From Deltaproteobacteria bacterium (GTDB lineage Bacteria > Myxococcota_A > Polyangia > DRWM01 > JAAZOP01), in the NCBI GenBank assembly GCA_016218815.1, contig JACRCX010000025.1, positions 237,389 to 301,388 of the forward strand: a stretch of 64,000 nt of DNA. The letters run 5' to 3'. The notes under the pieces are model-generated. The model was not told where the DNA came from. It did not search any database and saw nothing but the letters and a program-made list of their open reading frames with translations. The first letter of the stretch is position 1. Every line of letters begins with the position of its first letter. Made by a program: the position numbers and the translations under genes. This document shows positions 16,998-26,245 of the stretch, one piece after another.

Positions 16998-18740
16998 CTA
17001 CGGACCCATGAAATTGAAGCCGAGGGTGTAGTCGCCGACGGAGTCGCCGTAGGCGTCGACGATCGCGTAGTAGGTGCCGGCGGCGAGGACGCCGGTGATC
17101 GAGGAGTGGTACAGGGCGCCGGCGTCGTCGCTGCAGGCGAGGTCGGGGGCGGCGCAGTCGGAGGCGAGGGACAGGACCGTGTCGGGGAGGCCGGGGGCGA
17201 CCTCGGCGCCGAGGAGGTCGATGCTCACGCGGGCCGCGACGGCCAGGGTGAACGAGTAGACGACATCGGCCGAATCGTCGAGCTGGCAGCGCGGGGCGTG
17301 ATCGTCGCCGTCGGTCGCAGCGAGCGTCCCGGTGACGACCACGACGCCGCGGTCGCCCGACGGCAAGGCGATCGCGGCGGCGGACGCGCAGGTGGCGCCG
17401 CCGGCGAGGGGGGTCGCGGTGACGCAATCGGCGGCGAAGATGCATTCCACATCCGCGCAGTCGGTGTCGCCGTCGGCGTCCTCATCGATGCCGCCCGTGC
17501 AGAGCTCGTTTCCGGTGCACAACCCGTAGGTGGCATCGCAGTAGCCGGTGACGGCGCAGTCCGCGGCCGAAGAGCAGCTCGTCACGCAGGCATCGGCGGT
17601 GCCGTCGCTGTCGACGTCGACGCAATCGTAGCCCGGACGGCAGTCGGTCACGGTCGCGCAGGCGCCGAAGCAGCCGCAGGCGCCCGTGCTGACGCAGGCG
17701 CACCGGCTGCCGGTCGGGCACGCGATGGCCGTGCAATCGCCCGGGTCGGCCCATTGGCCGACGCAGGTGCCGCCGACCCAGCCCCAGCCGTCCTCGGTGA
17801 GGCAGGCGCCGGAGGCGCAGTCGGAGTTCCCGGCGCAGGCATCGCCACTTCCGGCCGAGCCGGTGGCGCAGGCGGCGTCGCCGGTGCAGTCGCGGTCGGC
17901 GCAGTCCACGAGCGTGTCGCCGTCGTCGTCCAGGGAGTCGCCGCAGTTTGTGTCGGTGCAGGCGGGGTCGCCGGCGCAGTCGGCGTCGTCACAGTCGGCG
18001 AGCAGGTCGAGGTCGTTGTCGACGCCGTCGTTGCAAACCTCGACGCAGGCCGGGGCGTCCGCGCACTGCGGGTCGTAGCAGTCGGCGAGGCCGTCGCCGT
18101 TGTCGTCGGTCCCGTTGTCGCAGACCTCCGCGACCCCGCATTCGACTTCCAGCGTGAACGCGCCCTCGGCTCCTTCCCAGCCGTCGACCACGACGTAGTA
18201 GAATTCGCTGCCCACCACGTCCAAGAACAGCGTCTCGGCCTCGCCGGCATCGCCGCCGTACGCGGCGTCCGTGCACAGGTCGAGCGAGCAGGTGGGCTGG
18301 AAGACGAAGAGGTCGAGGTCCTGGCCGGCGGTGGGTGTCATGGTGATGGTGACGACGCCGTCTTCCGTCGGCGCCAGCTCGTAGACCATTTCGGAACCCG
18401 TCCAGCTCGTCCCGCCGCCGCACGCTCCGTAGTCCTCGAATTCGTCGGGCTGGCCGGTCGTCGTCTCGGCGGTGAGATGCTCTCCGCAGGCCAGGGCGGC
18501 CGGCTCGTCGCAGCTTCCCGGAACGGCGCCGCCGTCGTCGGCGTCCGCGTCGGCGTCCACGTCCGTGTCGGCGTCCGCGTCGGCGTCCGCGTCGGCGTCC
18601 GCATCGGCGTCCGCATCGCCCCCGCCCTCCTCGGTCGCGACGTCGGCGTCGCCGTTGCCCGAGTCACCGCCGGGGCAGCCCCAGGCGCCGAAGGCAGCGC
18701 AGGCCGCGAGAGCGCACATCCTGGTCCAGTTCCTGAGCAT
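16998..18740 (-). CDS. Cys-rich secreted lipoprotein with two PPC-like (pre-peptidase C-terminal-like) beta domains
   Basis: ATG at 18740, signal/lipobox AFGAWGCPGG, and a (DA)n acidic linker. CxDGxDNDxD-type Cys repeats are present. The PPC-like blocks are VVTITMTP...YYVVVDGWEGAEGAFTLEVEC and VVYSFTL...YYAIVDAYGDSVGDYTLGFNF. Confidence 0.75.
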   Translation of the reverse strand: MLRNWTRMCALAACAAFGAWGCPGGDSGNGDADVATEEGGGDADADADADADADADADTDVDADADADDGGAVPGSCDEPAALACGEHLTAETTTGQPDEFEDYGACGGGTSWTGSEMVYELAPTEDGVVTITMTPTAGQDLDLFVFQPTCSLDLCTDAAYGGDAGEAETLFLDVVGSEFYYVVVDGWEGAEGAFTLEVECGVAEVCDNGTDDNGDGLADCYDPQCADAPACVEVCNDGVDNDLDLLADCDDADCAGDPACTDTNCGDSLDDDGDTLVDCADRDCTGDAACATGSAGSGDACAGNSDCASGACLTEDGWGWVGGTCVGQWADPGDCTAIACPTGSRCACVSTGACGCFGACATVTDCRPGYDCVDVDSDGTADACVTSCSSAADCAVTGYCDATYGLCTGNELCTGGIDEDADGDTDCADVECIFAADCVTATPLAGGATCASAAAIALPSGDRGVVVVTGTLAATDGDDHAPRCQLDDSADVVYSFTLAVAARVSIDLLGAEVAPGLPDTVLSLASDCAAPDLACSDDAGALYHSSITGVLAAGTYYAIVDAYGDSVGDYTLGFNFMGP

Positions 18741-18915
18741 GTCCGGACTCCTTTCCGTCGCGTCGTCGCCGTCCCGGCACCTTGTCGGCGCGCGGGGCTC
18801 GTAGCATGGGCCTTCCGATCGGGCAAGGCGGGGGAGGAGGAGTTGCGGGTTGTTGGTGGGTCGATCGGGAGAAGTCGTTGGTTCGGAGGGGGGGCGGATG
18901 CGGGAGTGCGGGGGG

Positions 18916-21114
18916 TTAGGGAGCGGTGGTGGTGAGGGTGAGGGTGAAGCTGGGGATCGCGGTGGCGCCGGTGGCACGGACGGTGAGCACGTAGGCGCCG
19001 GCCGCAAGACTGTCGCCGGTCCAACCCTCGGCGGTCCCGGTCGCTGCGTGGGTGGCTACGGTGCCGCCGGCGTTGGTGATCGTGATGTCCGGATTGCCGG
19101 CGGTGGCGAGGGCGGCGCCGTCGAGCAGCACGGCGGCGCTGAAGGTGATGCCGTAGGCGACGGCGGCGCCGCCGGCGAGCGGGCCGCCGGTCTGCGGCGG
19201 AATGGTCTCCGCCGGGGCGAAGGTGCCGAGGGACGGGACGCTGGTACAGACGGACGGCATGACGCTGTTGTCGCAGCTCCAGCCGAACTCGACCTCGCAA
19301 CTGTTGGAACAGCCGTCACCCGGGGTCGTGTTCCCGTCGTCGCACTGCTCGGCGGTCGAGGTGTCGATGGTGCCGTCGCCGCAGGGCACCGGCGTGGCGG
19401 CGCTGACGCTGAGGGTGAAGGTGCCGCAGCCCTCGTAGGAGTCGGCGACGACGATGAAGGTGGTCGGCGTGGTCTCGAAGTTGAGCAGCGTGACGACCTC
19501 GGCAGCGGTGGTCTCGGCGTCCGCACCGACGACGCAGGAGGCGCCGAGCTGATCGGTGCAGTCGGTGGTGACCCACAGGGAGGCGTCGAAGGTGGTCGCG
19601 TCCATCGTGATCGTGACCATCGAGGAGGCCGGGACGGCGAGGCGGAAGAGCATCTCCTGGGCGGAGCTGGAGTAGCCCGTGCAGGTGGAGCCGCTGCCGG
19701 CGGCGTCGTAATCCGTGGTGCCGGTGCAGAGGTCGAGGCTGCCGCTGGAGCCGCCGGGGGCGATGGTGGTCGCGGGGCAGGTGAAGGTGTCACAGGTGCC
19801 GGTCTCGGGGTTCCAGATGAACCCGTCGTCGCAGGCGCAACGGAAGTCGTTGGCGTCGTTCTGGCACACGCCGGTGGAGTTTGCGACGGTGGTGCAGGGG
19901 TTGGTCGGCAGGCAGCCGTTCTCGTAGCAGGCGCCGGCGGCCGAGCAGTAGAGCGTGGAGCCGGGGTCGTTGCAGCCCGAGGTGGCGCAGTCCAGGATCG
20001 CCCAGCAGTACTGGACGGTGCCGGACTCGCCGCCGGTCTCGCAGGCCAAGCCGGCGGGGCAATCGGCGTCGGTCGAGCAGTCCTGGGCGCACATCAGGTA
20101 TGGGGTGCCGAACATGTCGAAGAGGGTGACGCCGACGCTGCCGGCATCGCCGTTGCACGGGCTTCCTTCGGCGGCGAAGTCGGGGCCGTTGGACTGGTAG
20201 CAGTTGCCGCCGCCGGACGGATCGCAGAAGGTGTCCATGCCCGGGGTGCCCGAGCCGGGGCAATCGGCGTCGACCTCGCAGGGCCCGCCCCAGACGGCGC
20301 CCGGCGGATAGCAGTGGTTGGTCGACTCGATGTAGGTCGCCGGATCGCAGGCGTCGCACGCGGCACAGGCGCCGGAGCAGCCGCCGGTCGCGTTGCAGGA
20401 CCGGTGGCTGGCGGGGCAGTCGAGGTCGGTGCAGGTATCGTAGACGCAGTCGGTGGCGTCGGGGTTGAGGTGCTCTCCCGTCGGGCAGCTGCAGAACCCG
20501 CTGGCCGCGGGGTATGCGTCGCAGTGCCCGGTCGAGGTGCACTGGGCGTCGTCGTCGCATTGGCCCCAGCAGACGCTGAAGTCGGTGAGATCGACACAGG
20601 TGTATCCCGGCCGGCAATCGGTCGCGGCCCCGCAGTCGGCGGCGCAGACGTTGACTCCTCCGACCGTCACGCACCAACCCTCGGTGCAGCCGCCGCTGGC
20701 GTCGCACTCGTCGACGCAGTACCCGCCGGGAAGGCCGGTGGCGAACTCGGTGCGGCACATGCCGGTCGTGCAGTCCGCATCGGCGAGGCAGGGTGCGCCC
20801 ACGCCTTCCGCGACGCAGGCGCCGGCGCCGTCGCAAGTTTCGCCGGTGTCGCACGTCGACTGGCACGTGGTGCCGACGCACTCCTCGCAATCGTCGGGGT
20901 TGCACGCCGGGTCGCAGGTCGTCTCCGTCTCGGGCTCCACGTCGCCGTCGGCGTCGGCATCCGCATCCGAGTCGGCGTCGCCGCCGCCCTCGGTCGTGTC
21001 GCCGTCCGCGACGTCGCCGTCCGCCGTGGAGCTGTCGTCGTCTCCGCAGCCGGCAAACGCGAGGGCGCCCATCCCGAGCAACAGGCCCAGCAGCATCCAT
21101 GTTTTCGAGGTCAT
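18916..21114 (-). CDS. Cys-rich secreted lipoprotein with myxobacterial Cys-rich repeat and PPC-like domain
   Basis: The ATG at 21114 follows AAGGAGAG, and there is a lipobox LAFAGCGDD. It contains CGDGTIDTSTAEQCDDGNTTPGDGCSNSCEVE (Myxococcus Cys-rich repeat style). It shares the ATDCRPGYTCVDL block with the neighbouring gene. Confidence 0.75.
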   Translation of the reverse strand: MTSKTWMLLGLLLGMGALAFAGCGDDDSSTADGDVADGDTTEGGGDADSDADADADGDVEPETETTCDPACNPDDCEECVGTTCQSTCDTGETCDGAGACVAEGVGAPCLADADCTTGMCRTEFATGLPGGYCVDECDASGGCTEGWCVTVGGVNVCAADCGAATDCRPGYTCVDLTDFSVCWGQCDDDAQCTSTGHCDAYPAASGFCSCPTGEHLNPDATDCVYDTCTDLDCPASHRSCNATGGCSGACAACDACDPATYIESTNHCYPPGAVWGGPCEVDADCPGSGTPGMDTFCDPSGGGNCYQSNGPDFAAEGSPCNGDAGSVGVTLFDMFGTPYLMCAQDCSTDADCPAGLACETGGESGTVQYCWAILDCATSGCNDPGSTLYCSAAGACYENGCLPTNPCTTVANSTGVCQNDANDFRCACDDGFIWNPETGTCDTFTCPATTIAPGGSSGSLDLCTGTTDYDAAGSGSTCTGYSSSAQEMLFRLAVPASSMVTITMDATTFDASLWVTTDCTDQLGASCVVGADAETTAAEVVTLLNFETTPTTFIVVADSYEGCGTFTLSVSAATPVPCGDGTIDTSTAEQCDDGNTTPGDGCSNSCEVEFGWSCDNSVMPSVCTSVPSLGTFAPAETIPPQTGGPLAGGAAVAYGITFSAAVLLDGAALATAGNPDITITNAGGTVATHAATGTAEGWTGDSLAAGAYVLTVRATGATAIPSFTLTLTTTAP

Positions 21115-21247
21115 GCTTTCTCTCTCCTTCTTCCGCGAGGGCCCGGTTCGTTCGCGCGAAACGGCGCCGCCCCGCAGGCCACCAGAATTGGAGGGCCTAT
21201 AGCGCCCCCGGGGCCGGGGTGCAACCCGGAACTGGGGGGAGCAGGCT

Positions 21248-23122
21248 TCAGGCTTCGGGCTTCGGGGGGACGCAGGCGGCGACGGCCTTGAGGAAGGGGA
21301 AGAGGGGGTCGGCGCCGCCGGGGAGGAAGTCGAGCACGGCATCGATCCCTCCGGTCGCGGCGTGAACCTCGACCAGGATCGGCAGGGCGGGGAAGGTGGT
21401 GCCGGGTGGGCAGGTCATGGCGGGGTTGTCGCGGAACCCGGCGGCCATGTCCATCCAGCCCAACTCGAGCAGGGCGGGTTCCCCGGCCGTCAGCCGCTCG
21501 GCGGGCGGAGTGCCGGCGGCGGCGCCGCCGCCGCGGGCGCGGGAGGCCAGGGCGCGCTGGATCACGCCGGGGTCGGGGTCGGAGGTCCAGATGACGAGGG
21601 ACGGGCCGACGGCGGCGGAGATGTCCCAGCGCAGGTCGCCGTCGCCGGGCTGGAGCATGGCGGCGACGGGTCCGAGGGCGGCCCGGGGGACGACGATGGA
21701 CAACTTGTCGACCTCGACGCCGTCCGACCGCGCCGCGGCCTCGGTCCAGGTCACGGTCGCGCCGAGCGAGAATTTGTCGGAGAGGCGGCTCAGGACCGCG
21801 GCCAGGGCCACGCCGAACCTGCGGGAGGCGGCGCGCACGACGTCGGCCTGGCCGGCGCCGACGCCCCAGACCAGGGAGAAGGCGCCGCGCCCGTCCGCGA
21901 GAGTTCGCATGGTGCCGACCATCCGCCCGTCGCCCCCGACCATCAGCGCGACGGCGGCGCGGAAGGCCTCGAGCACCGGAGTGCGCCACTCCTCGGGCAG
22001 CGCCTGCCCCAGGAACTGCTCGGTCGGCGCGGAGATCGCGTCGAACAGGGCGCGGACGCCGGCGGGGCCCATGCGGGCCGCGATCCAGGCGTCGCCCCCG
22101 GCGTCGAGCGTCTCGAGCAGGCCGAACGGGGGGGCGCCTTCGCCGAGCAGGGCGAGGGCGGCGGCGACGGGCGAGTCGGTCCGCGGGCGGAGGCCCAAGG
22201 TCACGCGCAAGGGTGCTTCCTGCGGCGAGGCGCCGACGCTCAGGCCGAGGGACAGCTCATCGATGCCGCTCACCTCGACGACGAACCGCGCCATTCCGCC
22301 GACCACTTCAGCCACCCACGCGGGCATCGGCTCGCTCCCGCTCACGCTGACGGCGAGGGTCTTGAGATCGCCGAGGGCCTTGACCAGGGCGGGCAGCGCG
22401 GTGGCCACGGCGACCTTGGCGACGACATCCTGGGAAGCGGGACCCGGTTCGTCGGCAGGCCAGGCCGCCTCGACGTCGGGCTCGACCCCGATCCCGACCA
22501 GGTAGCGCCCGTCGGGCGTGGGGAGGCCGACGAGCTTCCCGGAGCGCGCGGGCTCCATCGGCCGCGTGGTCCCCAGGGAGACCACGGCCATCGGAGCGCC
22601 GGCGGCGGGGAAGGAGAGGCGGACGCGGACGGGCTGGGAAAGATCGACGGCCGCCGGGTCGCCCAGGCCGAGCACCTCGGCGAAGAGGCCGCCGCGCAGG
22701 AGCTGCTCGACCGTCCCTCGCAGCGCCGGGCCGGTGGGAAGCTGGGCGAGCAGCTCGCCGCCCGCGTCGCGATGGCGTTCGATGAGGGCCAGGACGCGAT
22801 CGATGGTCCGCGAGAGGTTGGGTGCGGTGAGCCACACGGCGGCCCCGCCGGCCGACGACTCCGGAGGCAGCGCCGCGGGCGGGACCTCCGCGTGCGAACG
22901 GCGGTCGGAGGACTCCGAGCCCGGGGCGTTCGCGCCATTCCCGGTGCGGGCCCCGGTCGCGGGCGGTGCGGGTTCGGCGGGTGCGGCCTCCGACGTGGTG
23001 GGCTGGGGCGGGGACGGAGGCGATTCCTGCCGGTTCTCCTTCTTGGCGCAGGCGGCGGCGAGGAGCGCGACGAGGAACAGGGTCGCGATCCTGGTGGGAC
23101 GGCATCGGTGGAGTTGCGGCAT
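21248..23122 (-). CDS. Lipoprotein of unknown function (624 aa)
   Basis: The ATG at 23122 follows GGAGGA, and there is a lipobox LLAAACAKK. Composition is normal and GC3 is high. I recognise no domain. Confidence 0.65.
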   Translation of the reverse strand: MPQLHRCRPTRIATLFLVALLAAACAKKENRQESPPSPPQPTTSEAAPAEPAPPATGARTGNGANAPGSESSDRRSHAEVPPAALPPESSAGGAAVWLTAPNLSRTIDRVLALIERHRDAGGELLAQLPTGPALRGTVEQLLRGGLFAEVLGLGDPAAVDLSQPVRVRLSFPAAGAPMAVVSLGTTRPMEPARSGKLVGLPTPDGRYLVGIGVEPDVEAAWPADEPGPASQDVVAKVAVATALPALVKALGDLKTLAVSVSGSEPMPAWVAEVVGGMARFVVEVSGIDELSLGLSVGASPQEAPLRVTLGLRPRTDSPVAAALALLGEGAPPFGLLETLDAGGDAWIAARMGPAGVRALFDAISAPTEQFLGQALPEEWRTPVLEAFRAAVALMVGGDGRMVGTMRTLADGRGAFSLVWGVGAGQADVVRAASRRFGVALAAVLSRLSDKFSLGATVTWTEAAARSDGVEVDKLSIVVPRAALGPVAAMLQPGDGDLRWDISAAVGPSLVIWTSDPDPGVIQRALASRARGGGAAAGTPPAERLTAGEPALLELGWMDMAAGFRDNPAMTCPPGTTFPALPILVEVHAATGGIDAVLDFLPGGADPLFPFLKAVAACVPPKPEA

Positions 23123-23262
23123 GGTATCCTCCATGTGCGGCGGCGCCGCCGCGTTGGGGATCTTGCACCGGCGGCGGGGGAAGTCCAGAGCAGCCGGCAG
23201 CACTTTACATCCGCGGGGGCGACACCGTATTCTCGCCGGTGGGAGAACGGGGGCACGGGCCG

Positions 23263-24963
23263 ATGCGCGTCTGTCCGCAATGCAACTCGCAGTTCCTGGG
23301 CGATGCCGAGCGTTGCCCCATCGACGGATCGCTGTTGCGCGACCAGGCGGACGCGCTGATCGGGCGGGTCATCGGCGGGCGCTACCGCATCCAGGGGCGG
23401 ATGGCCGAAGGGGGGATGGCATCGATCTACAAGGCGCGGCACGAGCAGGTCGAGCGGACGGTGGCGGTGAAGATCCTGGCGCGGATGCTCTCGGAGGATC
23501 CCGTGCACAAGGAGCGTTTCCTGCGCGAGGCGCGGGCGGCGAACCGCATCCACCACGAGAACGTGATCGACATCACGGACTTCGGGGAGACCGAGGACGG
23601 GCTGGTCTACCTGGTGATGGAGTACCTGGAAGGGGAAAGCCTGGCGGACCTGGTGACGCGCGGCGCGGTGCCGCTGCAGCGCGCGGCGGAGATCCTGCAC
23701 CCGGTGTGCCGTGGGCTGCAGCGGGCCCACGAGCAGGGCATCCTGCACCGCGACATCAAGCCGGAGAACATCTTCCTCGAACGGCGGACGGACGGCGGCG
23801 AGACGGTGAAGATCCTGGACTTCGGGCTGGCACAGCTCCTGGGCGACAAGCGGCTGACGACGGCGGGGCAGGTCTTCGGGACGCCGGAGTACATCTCGCC
23901 GGAGCAGGCGATGGGGGGCGAGATCACGTCCCGGGCGGACCTGTACGCCGTGGGGGTGGTGTTCTACGAGCTGATGACGGGGCGGCTGCCGTTCAGCGGG
24001 TCGACGGCGCGGCTGATCTACCAGCACATCCACGAGGCGCCGAAGCCGCCATCGCTGCTGCGGCCGGGCTGTCCGCCGGAGGTCGACGAGATCATCCTCA
24101 CGCTGCTGGAGAAGGAGCCCGAGCGGCGCTTCGCGACGGCGAAGGAGCTGGACGGGGCCTTGCGGGACTGCGAGCAGCGGGCGGCGGCGCGGATCAAGCA
24201 ATCGACGGTGTCGACCGTGCGTTCGACCGGTGTCGATGCGAAACAGATCCCCGGGGACACGGTGCCGAAGCTCCGCCAGCGTCTCGCGGCCTGCCGGCAG
24301 GTCTGGGAGACCGCAGGGGCCGCGCGCGACCACGCGCTGGGCGGCGAGCTGGATCGGGTCGCCGGCCTGATCGAGGGGCTGGGGCGGACGCAGGCGGCGG
24401 CGGACCGGGCGGAGCGCGAGTACCACGACATCCTCGAGCACGGGCGCGGGACGATGGAGCGCCTGCGGCGGGCGATCGACGAGCTGTCGCAGGACGAGGC
24501 GAAGGCGCGGCGGGAGATCGAGAGCCTGCGCACGGCGCTGGCGAAGACTCACGCCACGGCACGGGACGCGGAGCGCGACTTCCTGCAGGCACGCGAACAG
24601 CTCGCGCGGTTCGACGAGGGCGACGGCAGCATGGTCAGCTCGGTCGTCGTCTTCGAGACGGCCGGCAAGGCGGCGCGGCGATGGCGCGACGCTTCGGCCG
24701 AGGTCGAGGCGCTGGAACGCGACCTGCGGACGAAGACGGAGGAGCTGGAGGAGATCCGATTCCAGATCGGGCAGTTCCGCGGGCGCATCGCGGCGCTGGA
24801 AGTCGACGCCGGCGCCGGCGCACCGGCGTCGCCCGCCGCGCCCGACGCGAACCTCCATCATCGCCGCGTCCTGGATGCCCAGCGCGCCTTCGGCGCGCTG
24901 CTCGACGAGATCGGCCGCTCGTTGCAGACGATCGAGCGCGGGGTCGGCCGGCCCGGCGGTTGA
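23263..24963 (+). CDS. Ser/Thr protein kinase (Hanks type) with N-terminal zinc-ribbon-like CxxC...CP motif and C-terminal coiled coil
   Basis: MRVCPQCNSQF...ERCPIDG. The kinase motifs are canonical: VAVKIL, HRDIKPENIF, ILDFGLA and GTPEYISPEQ. Confidence 0.85.
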   Translation: MRVCPQCNSQFLGDAERCPIDGSLLRDQADALIGRVIGGRYRIQGRMAEGGMASIYKARHEQVERTVAVKILARMLSEDPVHKERFLREARAANRIHHENVIDITDFGETEDGLVYLVMEYLEGESLADLVTRGAVPLQRAAEILHPVCRGLQRAHEQGILHRDIKPENIFLERRTDGGETVKILDFGLAQLLGDKRLTTAGQVFGTPEYISPEQAMGGEITSRADLYAVGVVFYELMTGRLPFSGSTARLIYQHIHEAPKPPSLLRPGCPPEVDEIILTLLEKEPERRFATAKELDGALRDCEQRAAARIKQSTVSTVRSTGVDAKQIPGDTVPKLRQRLAACRQVWETAGAARDHALGGELDRVAGLIEGLGRTQAAADRAEREYHDILEHGRGTMERLRRAIDELSQDEAKARREIESLRTALAKTHATARDAERDFLQAREQLARFDEGDGSMVSSVVVFETAGKAARRWRDASAEVEALERDLRTKTEELEEIRFQIGQFRGRIAALEVDAGAGAPASPAAPDANLHHRRVLDAQRAFGALLDEIGRSLQTIERGVGRPGG

Positions 24964-24996
24964 CCCCGCACGCGCGGCCCGCTAGGGATCGGGCCG

Positions 24997-26223
24997 ATGG
25001 ACGGCAAGCGCGCATTCCTCATCGTGCTCGACTCGGTCGGCTGCGGCGCCCTCCCCGACGCGGGCGCTTTCGGCGACGAGGGCACGGACACGCTGGGACA
25101 CGTCGCCGACTTCGCGGGCGGCCTCGCCCTCCCCCACCTCGGACGCCTGGGCCTGGGCAACCTGCACGCGGTGCGCGGCGTGCCGCCGGTCGAGCGGCCG
25201 GCGGCCTGCTGGGGCCGCATGGCGGAGCGCAGTCCGGGGAAGGACACGACGACGGGCCACTGGGAGATCGCGGGCGTGGCGAGCGACCGCGCGTTCCCGA
25301 CCTACCCGGACGGCTTCCCGCCGGAGATCGTCGAGCCGTTCGTCACGGGGACCGGACGCGGGGTTCTGGGCAACAGGGCCGCCTCCGGCACGGGCATCAT
25401 CGAGAAGCTGGGGCCGGAGCACCAGGCGACGGGCAAGTGGATCCTCTACACCAGTGCCGACTCGGTGTTCCAGGTCGCGGCCCACACCGCCACGATCCCG
25501 CTGGCGGAGCTGTATCGCGCCTGCGAGCTGGCGCGCCGGATCCTCGACCCCTTCCACGTCGGCCGGGTGATCGCGCGCCCGTTCGAGGGGGCGCCGGGCG
25601 CTTTCCGGCGCACGTACGACCGGCGCGACTACGCCATGCCGCCACCCCGCGCCACGGTGCTCGACCGACTGGCGGCCGCGGGGATCCCCGTGATCGGCGT
25701 GGGCAAGATCCACGACATCTTCGCGGGGCATGGCGTGACGGAATCGATCCATACCGAGGGCAACGACGACGGATGCGTGCGCACGCTCGAGCTGGCGCGG
25801 AAGGTGGAGGCCGGCCTGGTCTTCGTGAACCTCGTGGACTTCGACAGTTCCTACGGGCACCGCAACGACGCGCGCGGGTACGCCCGCGCGCTGGAGGCGT
25901 TCGACCGGCGCCTGGGGGAGCTGTTGCCGCTGCTCCGGCGCGACGACCTCCTGATGCTGACGGCGGACCACGGCTGCGATCCGACGACGCCGGGGACGGA
26001 CCACACGCGGGAGCACGTGCCGCTGCTCGCGATGCTCGCGGGCTCGACCGCGGGCCGGGACCTGGGAGTGCGTGCGACGTTCGCGGACGCCGGCGCGACG
26101 GTGGCCGAGCATTTCGGGGTGAATGGGCCGGGCGACGCCACGTCGTTTCTCGGGGAGTTGGGGGGGAGGGAATCTCGCGCAAAGCCCGCAAAGGAACGCA
26201 AAGGACGCAAAGAGGATGCATAG
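24997..26223 (+). CDS. deoB: Phosphopentomutase
   Basis: [22 protein letters not shown]...[10 protein letters not shown]...TTGHWE...[14 protein letters not shown]...[10 protein letters not shown]. The last ~17 codons are encoded by family B repeat copy 2. Confidence 0.85.
   Translation: MDGKRAFLIVLDSVGCGALPDAGAFGDEGTDTLGHVADFAGGLALPHLGRLGLGNLHAVRGVPPVERPAACWGRMAERSPGKDTTTGHWEIAGVASDRAFPTYPDGFPPEIVEPFVTGTGRGVLGNRAASGTGIIEKLGPEHQATGKWILYTSADSVFQVAAHTATIPLAELYRACELARRILDPFHVGRVIARPFEGAPGAFRRTYDRRDYAMPPPRATVLDRLAAAGIPVIGVGKIHDIFAGHGVTESIHTEGNDDGCVRTLELARKVEAGLVFVNLVDFDSSYGHRNDARGYARALEAFDRRLGELLPLLRRDDLLMLTADHGCDPTTPGTDHTREHVPLLAMLAGSTAGRDLGVRATFADAGATVAEHFGVNGPGDATSFLGELGGRESRAKPAKERKGRKEDA
26168..26215 (+). 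repeat. Family B tandem-repeat cassette, copy 2 (gggaatctcgcgcaaagcccgcaaaggaacgcaaaggacgcaaagagg)
   Basis: It has the same head (gaatctcgcgcaRag) followed by CGCAAAG units. It overlaps the deoB 3' end and sits just upstream of the next start codon. Confidence 0.9.
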
Positions 26224-26245
26224 GGTCGGGACCGAAAGCGGGCCC

